From NCBI GenBank assembly GCA_043811375.1, contig JBDRNJ010000011.1, forward strand, positions 1 to 57,828: a stretch of DNA of 57,828 nucleotides, in the 5' to 3' direction. The notes under the pieces are model-generated. The model had not been told where the DNA came from. It ran no database searches and saw only the letters and a program-made list of their open reading frames with translations. Numbering within the stretch: the stretch's first letter is position 1; the number at the start of each line of letters is the position of its first letter. The DNA is from a bacterium. Lineage in GTDB: Bacteria > Zixibacteria > MSB-5A5 > GN15 > FEB-12. This document shows, one piece after another, positions 48,677-57,828 of the stretch. Made by a program: the position numbers and the translations under genes.

Positions 48677-48705
48677 ATAATAGTTCGACAGAACGAAACT
48701 GTCAA
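48677..48705 (-). promoter_or_regulatory. sigma70 promoter of the tRNA pair
   Basis: TTGACA-N17-TATTAT. Confidence 0.75.
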
Positions 48706-48976
48706 GTCAAATAATATAATCATATTTGTCACCGCTTTGTTCCCGCCGACATCAATCGACTGAGTACCCGGGTGCCTCACTACCATATATCGGCTGGTGA
48801 GGGGCAGCATGACACCCAAAACACAGCATCGATTCTGTGTCCGGTGGAAATTCAGGCATCGGCGCACCCCAGAGGTCGGCACCATCGACTTTGCATAAAA
48901 TCGAGTTACTTCTTGATACACAACAGTTTGCCTGTTCATGGTTGAGCTTTGCCAACAGGATATTCGCTCAAAACCA

Positions 48977-49004
48977 TTGACATTCCTGCGCTTATACGTA
49001 TCTT
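48977..49004 (+). promoter_or_regulatory. sigma70 promoter of the deacetylase-dockerin gene
   Basis: TTGACA-N16-TATCTT. Confidence 0.55.
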
Positions 49005-49151
49005 TTCAGATGACGGTTGGAAATACCGATTACTGCAGGATGGTGGTCGGAGACCATTGCGACGATCCTACCGTCATACTGTCGTCAAGTTACGATCGGT
49101 CATGAATTCACTATGTCGGTCTGCGATTCGAGATTTGCCCGATTGCTGCAA

Positions 49152-50567
49152 ATGAAAAAGCTGATCCTGACAGCCCTGTTGATAACGATTGTCGCTTCCG
49201 TTGCGATAGCTGAAGATTACGACCGCTCGGCCGGTAACGTTGTCTACGTGGTTCACGCTGTCGATACCGAATCGGATTCCCTGGATGAGTTTTCCTTCAA
49301 CCAGGAGTTGTTACTGGCGAACTATAATTCGGGGGGGATCATCTCCACCGTCTTTGATTCGACCTGGCGCAACGCCCATGTCGACAGTTATGGCCGACCG
49401 ACCCGAATTACCTGGTTCCTGATGACTCACGAGGCGCACTGCCGGAGCACTCAAGGATGCAACGCCATTCCGGAAGTGATGTTGGGTAATTTTGCCGATC
49501 AGATCGACCGGTGGGGCGATGAAATCGGCTGGCACTACCACCACTCCGATTGGGTGAACAACGAGTGGCAGAGTCTGAATACTTTCGACGGCACCATCTA
49601 TCGCCAGCAACCCGATACCGAACTGGCGGTCGATCAGTTGGCCATGTGGGTGCTGGAAAACGGCTTTTTCCCGGAAAGTTTCCGCGCCGGCTGGACATGG
49701 GAAAATACTGATTTTTCCAACTGGCTGGAACGACTGATTGTTTACGACTTCAGCAACTACTGGTCCAACGTTCCCGCCGGTAAGAACCAGTGGGATCCTT
49801 ATCACCCTTCAGCCGAAGATTATCGCGCTGAGGGTACTATGCGGCGCTGGATAGCCAAGTGCAAACCCGGGGGATTAACGCAAGCAGACGTCGACGATGC
49901 TTTCCAACTGGCGCAGACGGAAGGCCGGGCAGTGCTGAGCTTCTACAGCCATAGCTACTTCGCTCCCACCATTCACTCCGACCAGGGAGTGGTTGAAGGC
50001 TGGTTGCAAAATGCCAGCCAACTCTATGGAGTACCCTTCCGTTATGTCGGCGCCAAAGAAGCGATGCAACTCTGGGCGGGTGAAACCGACATCATACCAC
50101 CGGAAATAACCACCTTGATTATTAACCGCATCCTGCACGTTGAGACCAACGAGGACTTACAGGGGCCGCCGTTTCTTGCCCTCAGGCATGCTGACGGCAG
50201 TCACAGCGGACATTTTATGTCGCCGACCGGACAATACCAGTGGGATTACATTCTCAGTGACTCAACGGTGACCATTGCGGCAGTAGCGCTAACCGACCTG
50301 GCCGGCAATCAGAATACCTCCGAGGAACTGACCTACTTTGATATGTGTACTGTTCCCAATCCCGAGTGCGGTGACGTGGACGGCAATGGCTGGAGCAAAC
50401 TTCCCGATGACCTCGTCTTCCTGGTGGCCTACCTGTTCCAGGGCGGACATGCGCCCTGTGACCTCAACACCGCCGACATGGACGGTTCCGGCGCGATCAA
50501 TGTCGGCGACCTGATGCGCCTGGTCGGCTACCTATTCATCGGCGGCCCGCCACCCGCCTGCCCGTAG
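49152..50567 (+). CDS. Secreted polysaccharide-deacetylase (CE4/NodB)-like protein with C-terminal dockerin
   Basis: Signal MKKLILTALLITIVASVAIA; VHAVDTE, DEIGWHYHH, SFRAGW, FYSH; terminal CGDVDGNG...DMDGSGAINVGDLMRLVGYLFIGGPPPACP. Confidence 0.82.
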   Translation: MKKLILTALLITIVASVAIAEDYDRSAGNVVYVVHAVDTESDSLDEFSFNQELLLANYNSGGIISTVFDSTWRNAHVDSYGRPTRITWFLMTHEAHCRSTQGCNAIPEVMLGNFADQIDRWGDEIGWHYHHSDWVNNEWQSLNTFDGTIYRQQPDTELAVDQLAMWVLENGFFPESFRAGWTWENTDFSNWLERLIVYDFSNYWSNVPAGKNQWDPYHPSAEDYRAEGTMRRWIAKCKPGGLTQADVDDAFQLAQTEGRAVLSFYSHSYFAPTIHSDQGVVEGWLQNASQLYGVPFRYVGAKEAMQLWAGETDIIPPEITTLIINRILHVETNEDLQGPPFLALRHADGSHSGHFMSPTGQYQWDYILSDSTVTIAAVALTDLAGNQNTSEELTYFDMCTVPNPECGDVDGNGWSKLPDDLVFLVAYLFQGGHAPCDLNTADMDGSGAINVGDLMRLVGYLFIGGPPPACP

Positions 50568-50596
50568 CAAATACGGGCCGATCTTACATCCACCAC

Positions 50597-52840
50597 TCAC
50601 TTCTGCGCATCGACGACGGCGATAGCGGCCATGTCGACTATTTCGTTGACTCCCAGCGTCGGATGCAGAACGTGTACCGGTTTGGACAGTCCCATCAGGA
50701 TCGGTCCCACCGCGTCCAGGCCGCCCATTCGCTGGGCCAGTTTGTAGGCGATGTTGCCGGAGTTGAGGTCGGGGAAGATAAAGACGTTGGCACTCTCCTT
50801 AAGCTGCGAGAAGGGGTAGCGCCGTTTCATGTAGTCCGGCATCAGGGCGGTGTCGGCCTGCATCTCACCGTCGACGACCAGGTCCGGCATTCTCTTCTTG
50901 ATGATTTCCGTGGCCCGCCCCACCTTCTTAGATTCGGGAGCCGGCGCCGATCCGAAATTGGAAAATGACAACATGGCTATTTTCGGCTCGATCCCGAACC
51001 GGCGAGACTCACGGGCGGCACAGATAGCTATCTCGGCCAGTTCTTCGGCAGTGGGGTTGATATTGACCGTGGTGTCGGCGAACATATAGACTTTGTCCTT
51101 GCGTATCATGGCAAACATGCCCGAAACCCGACTGATACCTTCCGCGAGGTCGATAATCTCCAGCGCCGGGCGTAGAGTTGTCGGGTAGTCGGCATTGACA
51201 CCGGACAAAACTGCGTCACAGTCCCCAGCATCGAGCATCATCACCCCGAAGTATGTACGGTCACGCAGCAGCCACTCTGCTTTTTCGGTAGTCATCCCTT
51301 TGCGCTTGCGTTTCTCAAAATAGCGACGGGCATACTCGCTGCGAACGGGCGAACTGATCGGGTCGAGAATCTCGATATCGTCCAGATTCACTTCGTACTG
51401 CCGGGCCGTTTCCCGCACAACTTCGGGTCGACCCAGGAGGATCGGTGTGGCGATTCCGTCATCACATACTATCCGTGCCGCCCGCAGAATGCGGCTGGAG
51501 TCACCTTCCGGGAAAACGATCTTCTTCGGGTTCCGCTTGGCCTTCTCGTTGATTACCGTCATCAGTTTCCGGCCGTGGCCGATACGTTCGGCCAGTTCTT
51601 TGCGATACTGCTCGATATCAACCGGGTGCTGAGCCACGCCGGTTTCCATAGCTGCGGCGGCTACTGCCGAGGTTTCGCAGATCAGGATGCGGTGGTCGAA
51701 AGGCTTGGGGATAAGATATTCGCGACCGAACTTGAAGTGGTCCACACCGTAGGCCTGCGCCACCGCATCGGGAACGTCCTGCTTGGCCAGGTCAGCCAGC
51801 GACCTGACGGCGGCTATTTTCATCTCCTCGTTGATGGCCGTGGCATGAACATCCAGCGCTCCTCGAAAGATAAAGGGGAAACCAAGCACGTTGTTGACCT
51901 GGTTGGGGAAGTCGCTGCGACCGGTGGCCATTATCACATCTTTGCGGGCATCAAGTGCGTCCGGATAAGTTATTTCCGGATCGGGATTGGCCATGGCGAA
52001 TATAATGGGATCCTTGGCCATTGATTTGACCATCTTCCTGGTGACCAGGTCCTTGACCGACACACCGACAAAAACATCAGCATCTTTCATGGCGTCGCCC
52101 AGCGTGTGGCAGTCGGTCTTACGTACGAATTCAGCCTTGTACTGGTTGAAACTGTCGCCGCGTCCTTCATACATGACACCCTTGGAGTCCACCATCATCA
52201 GGTTCTCGTGCCGCACGCCCAGCGAACAATAAAGTTTGGCGCAGGCAATGCCGGCCGCTCCGGCTCCTGAGAAGACCACGCGAATCTTGCTGATGTCCTT
52301 CTGAACGATCTCCAGCGCGTTCAGCAGGGCAGCCGCGGAGATGATGGCCGTGCCGTGCTGGTCATCATGGAAAACCGGGATGTTCATAGTCTTTTTGAGA
52401 GTCTGTTCAATGTAGAAACACTCCGGTGCCTTGATATCTTCGAGATTGATGCCACCAAAAGTCGGCTCCAGGAGTTGACAGCATTTGATGATCTCATCCG
52501 AATCCTGGGTGTCAAGCTCAATGTCAAAGACATCGATGTCGGCAAATCTCTTGAAAAGAACCCCCTTGCCTTCCATGACCGGTTTACCGGCCGCGGCGCC
52601 GATATTGCCTAACCCCAGCACCGCCGTACCGTTGGTGACCACTGCCACCAGGTTGCCCTTGGCGGTGTAACGGTAGACATCGGCCGGGTTGTTGTGAATT
52701 TCCATACACGGCTCAGCCACTCCGGGAGTGTAAGCCAGAGACAGATCAAGCTGTGTCCGGCATGGCTTGGTGGAAACCACTTCGATTTTCCCTCTTCGTC
52801 CACGGCTGTGGTAATCAAGGGCTTGCTGACGAGTAATCAT
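50597..52840 (-). CDS. maeB: NADP-dependent malic enzyme with phosphotransacetylase-like domain
   Basis: [47 protein letters not shown]. Confidence 0.98.
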   Translation of the reverse strand: MITRQQALDYHSRGRRGKIEVVSTKPCRTQLDLSLAYTPGVAEPCMEIHNNPADVYRYTAKGNLVAVVTNGTAVLGLGNIGAAAGKPVMEGKGVLFKRFADIDVFDIELDTQDSDEIIKCCQLLEPTFGGINLEDIKAPECFYIEQTLKKTMNIPVFHDDQHGTAIISAAALLNALEIVQKDISKIRVVFSGAGAAGIACAKLYCSLGVRHENLMMVDSKGVMYEGRGDSFNQYKAEFVRKTDCHTLGDAMKDADVFVGVSVKDLVTRKMVKSMAKDPIIFAMANPDPEITYPDALDARKDVIMATGRSDFPNQVNNVLGFPFIFRGALDVHATAINEEMKIAAVRSLADLAKQDVPDAVAQAYGVDHFKFGREYLIPKPFDHRILICETSAVAAAAMETGVAQHPVDIEQYRKELAERIGHGRKLMTVINEKAKRNPKKIVFPEGDSSRILRAARIVCDDGIATPILLGRPEVVRETARQYEVNLDDIEILDPISSPVRSEYARRYFEKRKRKGMTTEKAEWLLRDRTYFGVMMLDAGDCDAVLSGVNADYPTTLRPALEIIDLAEGISRVSGMFAMIRKDKVYMFADTTVNINPTAEELAEIAICAARESRRFGIEPKIAMLSFSNFGSAPAPESKKVGRATEIIKKRMPDLVVDGEMQADTALMPDYMKRRYPFSQLKESANVFIFPDLNSGNIAYKLAQRMGGLDAVGPILMGLSKPVHVLHPTLGVNEIVDMAAIAVVDAQK

Positions 52841-52894
52841 TTTCCGACTCCTATTCCTGAGCCACTAAAGTGGCTGTATTTTTCACAGGCGCCG

Positions 52895-52922
52895 AATATA
52901 CTGCCCCCCCTTGGCCAGTCAA
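52895..52922 (-). promoter_or_regulatory. sigma70 promoter of maeB
   Basis: TTGACT-N16-TATATT. Confidence 0.6.
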
Positions 52923-53044
52923 GACGTTTTCGGGCAAAACCGGCTTTCCCGGTAACAGTAAGTATGCTGTAGATCGACTCCTGCTATCGGGATAACTGCC
53001 TGACTATTCCCACCGGGAACATCTCTTAATTTTGTGGTCAGCTC

Positions 53045-53073
53045 TTGACATCCGGCAGTGGGCAACTTATAAT
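53045..53073 (+). promoter_or_regulatory. Consensus sigma70 promoter of citrate synthase
   Basis: TTGACA-N17-TATAAT. Confidence 0.85.
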
Positions 53074-53084
53074 TTATTACTGCA

Positions 53085-53102
53085 ATGTGAAATGATTCAC
53101 AT
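53085..53102. promoter_or_regulatory. Rex- or CRP/FNR-like operator
   Basis: Palindrome ATGTGAA-ATGA-TTCACAT just downstream of the -10 element. Confidence 0.6.
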
Positions 53103-53161
53103 AGCAACTGGTAAAGAAAGCTTACTGTTACTGTAACAACCGGATAGAAGGAGTTAACAAA

Positions 53162-54442
53162 ATGGCCAAAACACTGAAAGAAACATTGGCCGACCTGATC
53201 CCGAAACTCCGCGAGGAGCGTGTTTCCCTCATGAAGGGACACGGCGACGTCAAGATTTCCGAAGTCACGGTCGCCCAGGCAATCGGCGGAATGCGCGGTG
53301 TCAAGGGGATGGTCTGTGATACCTCGGTGGTCGAACCGGACCAGGGTTTGATCATCCGTGGATATCCACTATTGAAACTGGTCGATAAGATTCCGGAAGA
53401 AATCTTCTGGCTGCTGATCACCGGCAAGCTGCCCACCGCCGACGAGCTCCAACTGTTCCAGAAGGAACTGAAGACTTACGGCGAAGTCCCCAAGTATGTC
53501 TGGCGCGTTCTCAAGGCAATGCCCAAGACGTCGCACCCGATGGCGATGCTGGACACTGCTATCCTGACCATGGAAAACGAATCAGCCTTCCGCAAGCGTT
53601 ACTCCGAAGGCATGACCAGGATGGAGTACTGGGAGCCGACCCTGGAAGACGCCATGCGCGTTATGGGCACCATCCATACTATCGCGGCCGGTGTCTACCG
53701 CATCAGGTACAAGAAAGGTGATCTGATCGAGCCTTCGAAGAAACTCGACTGGGCCGCAGATTTCGCCAGAATGCTCGGCCTGCCCTCAAAGAAGGGACAA
53801 ACGGCTGAGATGATGCGGCTCTACCTGACGCTGCACTGCGACCACGAGGGCGGCAATGTTTCGGCCAACACCTGCCACACTGTCGGCAGTGCCTTGTCCG
53901 ATGCTTTCTACGCCGTCTCCGCCGGCCTGAACGGTCTGGCCGGTCCCCTGCACGGTCTGGCCAACCAGGAGTGCCTGGGCTGGGTGCTGCAGACCATCGA
54001 GAAATTCGAAGGTGCTCCCAGCAAGGAACAGATTCGCGATTACGCCTGGGAAACTCTCAACAGCGGCAAGGTCATTCCGGGCTACGGTCACGCCGTGTTG
54101 CGTGTCACCGACCCGCGGTTTGTGGCTTTCCGCAACTTCGGCAAGAAGTACCTCACCAAGAATCCGGTCTTCCAGACAGTCGACCGCGTTTACGAAGTAG
54201 TACCGGAGGTGCTCAAAGAGCACGGCAAGGCCAAGAACCCGTGGCCGAATGTCGACGCCGGTTCCGGCGCCATCCTGTACAACTTCGGTCTCAAGGAGTT
54301 CGAGTACTACACGGTGTTGTTCTCGGTATCGCGTTCGATGGGTATGCTGTCACAGTTGGTGCTCAACCGCGCCCTGGGCACAGCCATCACCCGTCCCAAG
54401 TCGGTCAGCACCGAGTGGTTGAACAACCAGGTCAAATCGTAA
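53162..54442 (+). CDS. gltA: Citrate (Si)-synthase, eukaryote-like type
   Basis: GGMRGVKGMVCDTS, HCDHEGGNVSA, GLAGPLHGLANQE, PGYGHAVLRVTDPR, NPWPNVDA. Confidence 0.96.
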   Translation: MAKTLKETLADLIPKLREERVSLMKGHGDVKISEVTVAQAIGGMRGVKGMVCDTSVVEPDQGLIIRGYPLLKLVDKIPEEIFWLLITGKLPTADELQLFQKELKTYGEVPKYVWRVLKAMPKTSHPMAMLDTAILTMENESAFRKRYSEGMTRMEYWEPTLEDAMRVMGTIHTIAAGVYRIRYKKGDLIEPSKKLDWAADFARMLGLPSKKGQTAEMMRLYLTLHCDHEGGNVSANTCHTVGSALSDAFYAVSAGLNGLAGPLHGLANQECLGWVLQTIEKFEGAPSKEQIRDYAWETLNSGKVIPGYGHAVLRVTDPRFVAFRNFGKKYLTKNPVFQTVDRVYEVVPEVLKEHGKAKNPWPNVDAGSGAILYNFGLKEFEYYTVLFSVSRSMGMLSQLVLNRALGTAITRPKSVSTEWLNNQVKS

Positions 54443-54465
54443 ATCTGATTACGATATACCAACAC

Positions 54466-54497
54466 AAGACGGCCCCGACAAGGGGCCGTCTTTTTTT
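54466..54497 (+). terminator. Intrinsic terminator of citrate synthase
   Basis: aagacggcccc-gacaa-ggggccgtctt followed by a T-tract. Confidence 0.9.
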
Positions 54498-54552
54498 GTG
54501 GAATCTTGTAGATCAAACCATGCGGTTCCGAGCGACAGGCTGCATTTACAGA

Positions 54553-54581
54553 GCCGGGTGATCCGTAGATCACCCGACTAC
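54553..54581 (-). repeat. GTAG-type REP-like palindrome
   Basis: Minus strand GTAG-TCGGGTGATC-TACG-GATCACCCGG. Confidence 0.55.
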
Positions 54582-54622
54582 AGTTTCATGATAAAAAGGC
54601 GTCAGGTATAAGTGTCTTGTCA

Positions 54623-57487
54623 CTAACACACCGGCGATGGACCACCCTGAAAAAGATAGGTCACAAGGTAGGTTAAATCACCGACATCGATAGAGCCCGA
54701 CCCATCAACGTCGCAGGCCTCCAACACCGGCGGTACCGGTCCGCTCTGGAAAAGGTAGGCCACAAGATAGGTAAGGTCGCCGACATCCAGTGCCCCCCCG
54801 CCATCAACGTCCCCACAGATCCAGGTCTGACAAAACATCGAGACTACGCGGACATTATCGATATTCCAACCGCAGAAACGCAAGCCGCCGTCGGTGGGTC
54901 CCATTGTCCATCGCAGATATACCATCGGCTGGTTGTCGGCGTAGTCGGAAATATCGTACTCAATCTCCATCCACTCCAAATCGCCGATAATGGCCGGATT
55001 CTGCCACAGGGTGGTCCAATCGGTTCCGTTAGTACTAATCGAAACGGAGGCCTTATCGTAGACCGGTTGTTCGACTCCGAGCCAGCGGCAGAACCGAAGG
55101 CGCGTCTCAGTCGATCCGGAGCAGTCGATGGCCGAACTAGTGGCGTGCTGAGCTGACAGGCTGTTCTCGTAATCGCCCGCCAGGTTGTATCCGAGCACGC
55201 TGGATCCGAGACAGCCTTCGGTGGGATCCGGCACCGGGTAGTTCTGCTCCTGTCCGCCCTGACCCAGCGGTACACCTATATCCCAGAGACCCGTCATGGT
55301 CCAGCCGGCACTATCTTCCAATGAGTCCTCAAGGACCACCACCTCTTCGCTGACAGGTATTGCCGTCAACGGCTCGGTCGGCAGAGGGGCGTAACAGCGT
55401 CCGCCCCCTGATTCATTGAAACTCACGAAGTACTCGACAGTCTGGCCGCAATCCAACGGAGGCAGGACCGCCTGGTACTGCTCCTGTCGGAGTGATACCA
55501 GGGGTACAGCCGTAGAGTCGGAGCCATCGATCCGGTAGTGCAGCAGTCCGCTCCCGGTCAGCGGTGCGCCGTTGCCGATCCCTGTGACAGTAACATCGAA
55601 CGTCGTTTCAGTCTTTGGCTCGACTTCCGTGGGAGTACCATTGGGGAACATGATGGCCAGGCTGCGGACAGGCTTTATCCTCACTGCCGGGTCAGCGAAC
55701 AGGTTGGTTTCATAGTAGGTCCAGCGAATCGCGGGCTCGTTGATCCAACTGGCCAGATCGAAGCGGGCATCGAGCATGGCCATACCCAACTCCGGGCAGC
55801 CCTCGTCGGCACTGTTGATGGCATCCCAGAACTCGCGATTGAAAATGTGAACCGGATGCAGAGTAGAGCGCGAGCCCAGCCCGATTCTGGAGTTAGCCAC
55901 ACAGGCGAATCCCCCGGTAGACAGCTTGGTCGTGACATACTCGGCCCAGCATTCGTAGAAATCGAAGCGCCCCGCGTTGCAGCCCTCGGCATAGAGGAAA
56001 CAATAATCGGTATTGGTAAATTGCGATTTGACCATACCGGTGTCGGTACGCATGGCGTAGCCGATGTCGCTGTGACCGAGGTGATCGACGATATGCACAC
56101 CCGCGTTGATGCGAGCGATAAGCTCCGACGGCGGCCAGTAATTGTTCGGCAGGCTGGTCAGGTCATATAGTTTCTCGATGTTATACTGGTCGGCGGCGAA
56201 TCCGTAGGTGGTGAAGCCATGAGCGTCAGAACCGTTCACCATCTCGTCCATGGCATAACCACCGTATTCACCCAGCCCGCCAAACCCGAGGTCCTCACCC
56301 ACCAACAGGACTTTGGACAGGTAAGCATCGTTGCTCTCGAGGTAAGCGATGGTCTTGTTGATCAGATTGGCAACTTCAGAACTGTCTCCGGCTGACACGC
56401 GACCGAGCCCGATTTCCGGCAACAGGTCGATTTCTCCGCCACCCTCACCGTCGCCAGGTTCACCCCACCGGCTGTCCCCATCGTAGTTGAAGGTACCATC
56501 CAGGCAGGCAAAGTAGAAATCCCCGGGCATGTCATACGCAGTAATCGACCCGGAGGACAGAGTAACATCGACGTAGAGATCCAGGGCTGGAATAATGTCA
56601 TCGTCACCCCCGAGCAGGACCAGCCGGATACCGTTGGTGAGGTATTCATTGCGAATGTAATCACGAACCGAATGCGGATCGTTAGCGCCTATCTGGTCCA
56701 GCGTATGGATCTCGGTCATAATGCCAGTGCTGTCGTGATAGTTCTTCAACGGCTGAAAAGCCGATGCCAGCGTCGAGGACGTGATGATCAACATGTCGTA
56801 GCTGCCCGTGCCAACCTTGCCGGCCGATCCGTAGCTGTTGATCAGGGAAGCATTGTCCACTCTTGCAGATAAAGCCTCAGCGTCGGTCGCAATCCCCCGC
56901 ACCGCCGGAAGGACGGACGTTGACATTGTAGTGACCGTCAGTTCTATCTTGGAGTAGTAGTGCAATTCCCCCGTGGAGGGGATGTACTCCACCGGAACCA
57001 GGTCAATCAGCGCGATACGATAACCATGGAACACCTGCTCCGAAACCAGCCTACTTGTCTGGTCGGGCAACGGCTGGTTTGTGGCGTAGACCTCCTCATT
57101 GACATAGAGCGGAGGTACCTGGTCTGGCGGCGTCGACATGGGGAATGGCTGTTCGACCGGAGACAGGCGCAGACCACCGGCGACCAGATACTTCTGAGTA
57201 CGATCCACCGCCACCGACTTGAGGCGGTGACCATAGGGTAACAGCACACGAGCCCGCTTGGTGGGCAGGGCCGGGCCGCCGACAGCTCCGGAAGGGGGAC
57301 AGCCCGGCATGGTCACTTCTGAGAACTGCTGTCCGTCAATTTCGACCGTTTGCACCAAAGGGGCAGCAAAGTCGTAGGTGATTTCGATTTGCTCAGCGAA
57401 CGATTGAGCTGCGGTTGCCAGCATAAAAACAAGCAACACACATATCAGAGTGCCAGTGGTGCCCATGAATGAACGGCGTGGTGTCAT
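54623..57487 (-). CDS. Gingipain-like C25 cysteine peptidase with propeptide, beta-sandwich and C-terminal dockerin
   Basis: Signal peptide; propeptide GGPALP...VLLP; YDMLIIT, VLLGGD, GDFYFACLDG, LGRV; catalytic HLGH and EGCNAG; NLFADP; terminal CGDVDGGGALDVGDLTYLVAYLF...FQGGPSPVC. Confidence 0.95.
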   Translation of the reverse strand: MTPRRSFMGTTGTLICVLLVFMLATAAQSFAEQIEITYDFAAPLVQTVEIDGQQFSEVTMPGCPPSGAVGGPALPTKRARVLLPYGHRLKSVAVDRTQKYLVAGGLRLSPVEQPFPMSTPPDQVPPLYVNEEVYATNQPLPDQTSRLVSEQVFHGYRIALIDLVPVEYIPSTGELHYYSKIELTVTTMSTSVLPAVRGIATDAEALSARVDNASLINSYGSAGKVGTGSYDMLIITSSTLASAFQPLKNYHDSTGIMTEIHTLDQIGANDPHSVRDYIRNEYLTNGIRLVLLGGDDDIIPALDLYVDVTLSSGSITAYDMPGDFYFACLDGTFNYDGDSRWGEPGDGEGGGEIDLLPEIGLGRVSAGDSSEVANLINKTIAYLESNDAYLSKVLLVGEDLGFGGLGEYGGYAMDEMVNGSDAHGFTTYGFAADQYNIEKLYDLTSLPNNYWPPSELIARINAGVHIVDHLGHSDIGYAMRTDTGMVKSQFTNTDYCFLYAEGCNAGRFDFYECWAEYVTTKLSTGGFACVANSRIGLGSRSTLHPVHIFNREFWDAINSADEGCPELGMAMLDARFDLASWINEPAIRWTYYETNLFADPAVRIKPVRSLAIMFPNGTPTEVEPKTETTFDVTVTGIGNGAPLTGSGLLHYRIDGSDSTAVPLVSLRQEQYQAVLPPLDCGQTVEYFVSFNESGGGRCYAPLPTEPLTAIPVSEEVVVLEDSLEDSAGWTMTGLWDIGVPLGQGGQEQNYPVPDPTEGCLGSSVLGYNLAGDYENSLSAQHATSSAIDCSGSTETRLRFCRWLGVEQPVYDKASVSISTNGTDWTTLWQNPAIIGDLEWMEIEYDISDYADNQPMVYLRWTMGPTDGGLRFCGWNIDNVRVVSMFCQTWICGDVDGGGALDVGDLTYLVAYLFQSGPVPPVLEACDVDGSGSIDVGDLTYLVTYLFQGGPSPVC

Positions 57488-57643
57488 CTTTGCTCCTTCA
57501 GGGTTGACCGACGACTGGTCGGTGGCTCCGGACTGTCGGACGGCAAAATCCCTGACCGCGGCGTGAACCGCTTCTCACACAACAATCCGAGGTTTCCCCA
57601 TATAAGGGATCAAAAAACACAATTAACGTTTTTCGATACGTTA

Positions 57644-57672
57644 AAAATAACAAAATCTCCTCGAATTGTCAA
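57644..57672 (-). promoter_or_regulatory. sigma70 promoter of the C25 peptidase gene
   Basis: TTGACA-N17-TATTTT. Confidence 0.5.
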
Positions 57673-57828
57673 GACTTGCCTCGCTTCGGTAGTGCAAGGA
57701 TTATTGTGTAAATTGAGTTATGTGGTTTTCCCTGAGTCTTTGGTTCAGTTCAATTACCTGAGTGTATACTATCCTTTCACAGCTTTGTTCATCCCGAAAA
57801 GAGTCGATTAATCTGACTCTTCGTCGGA

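Overview
A 57.8 kb bacterial chromosomal segment of moderately high GC. The protein families point to the FCB group, most likely Zixibacteria; this is an inference from the dockerin style and the FlgD-Ig/T9SS-type C-termini. Housekeeping genes include uvrB, lipA, an sbcC/Rad50-like ATPase, meaB, recJ, RNase P RNA, guaB, two tRNAs, maeB and a eukaryote-type citrate synthase. They are interleaved with an unusually rich set of large secreted proteins. Seven of these carry dockerin-like duplicated EF-hand modules. Three have a cohesin-like domain directly before the dockerin, and two of those end in a T9SS-type sorting domain. Four further dockerin-terminated cargo proteins are a gingipain C25 protease, a CE4-like deacetylase, a PQQ-type beta-propeller protein and a probably inactive C39-like peptidase. 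A giant adhesin gene of 282-bp tandem repeats runs off the left edge and is missing from the ORF track. The best candidate for an undescribed system is a non-cellulosomal cohesin-dockerin surface assembly that may self-polymerise and may be O-glycosylated. Also seen: an exosortase/EpsI/DPPR-synthase cluster, sigma28-like promoters, a HEAT plus HD-GYP gene pair sharing an N-terminal domain, REP-like palindromes, a Rex/CRP-like operator, candidate leaderless genes, and two neighbouring genes with single-base lesions. No CRISPR array, rRNA, integrase, transposase or reverse transcriptase was recognised.
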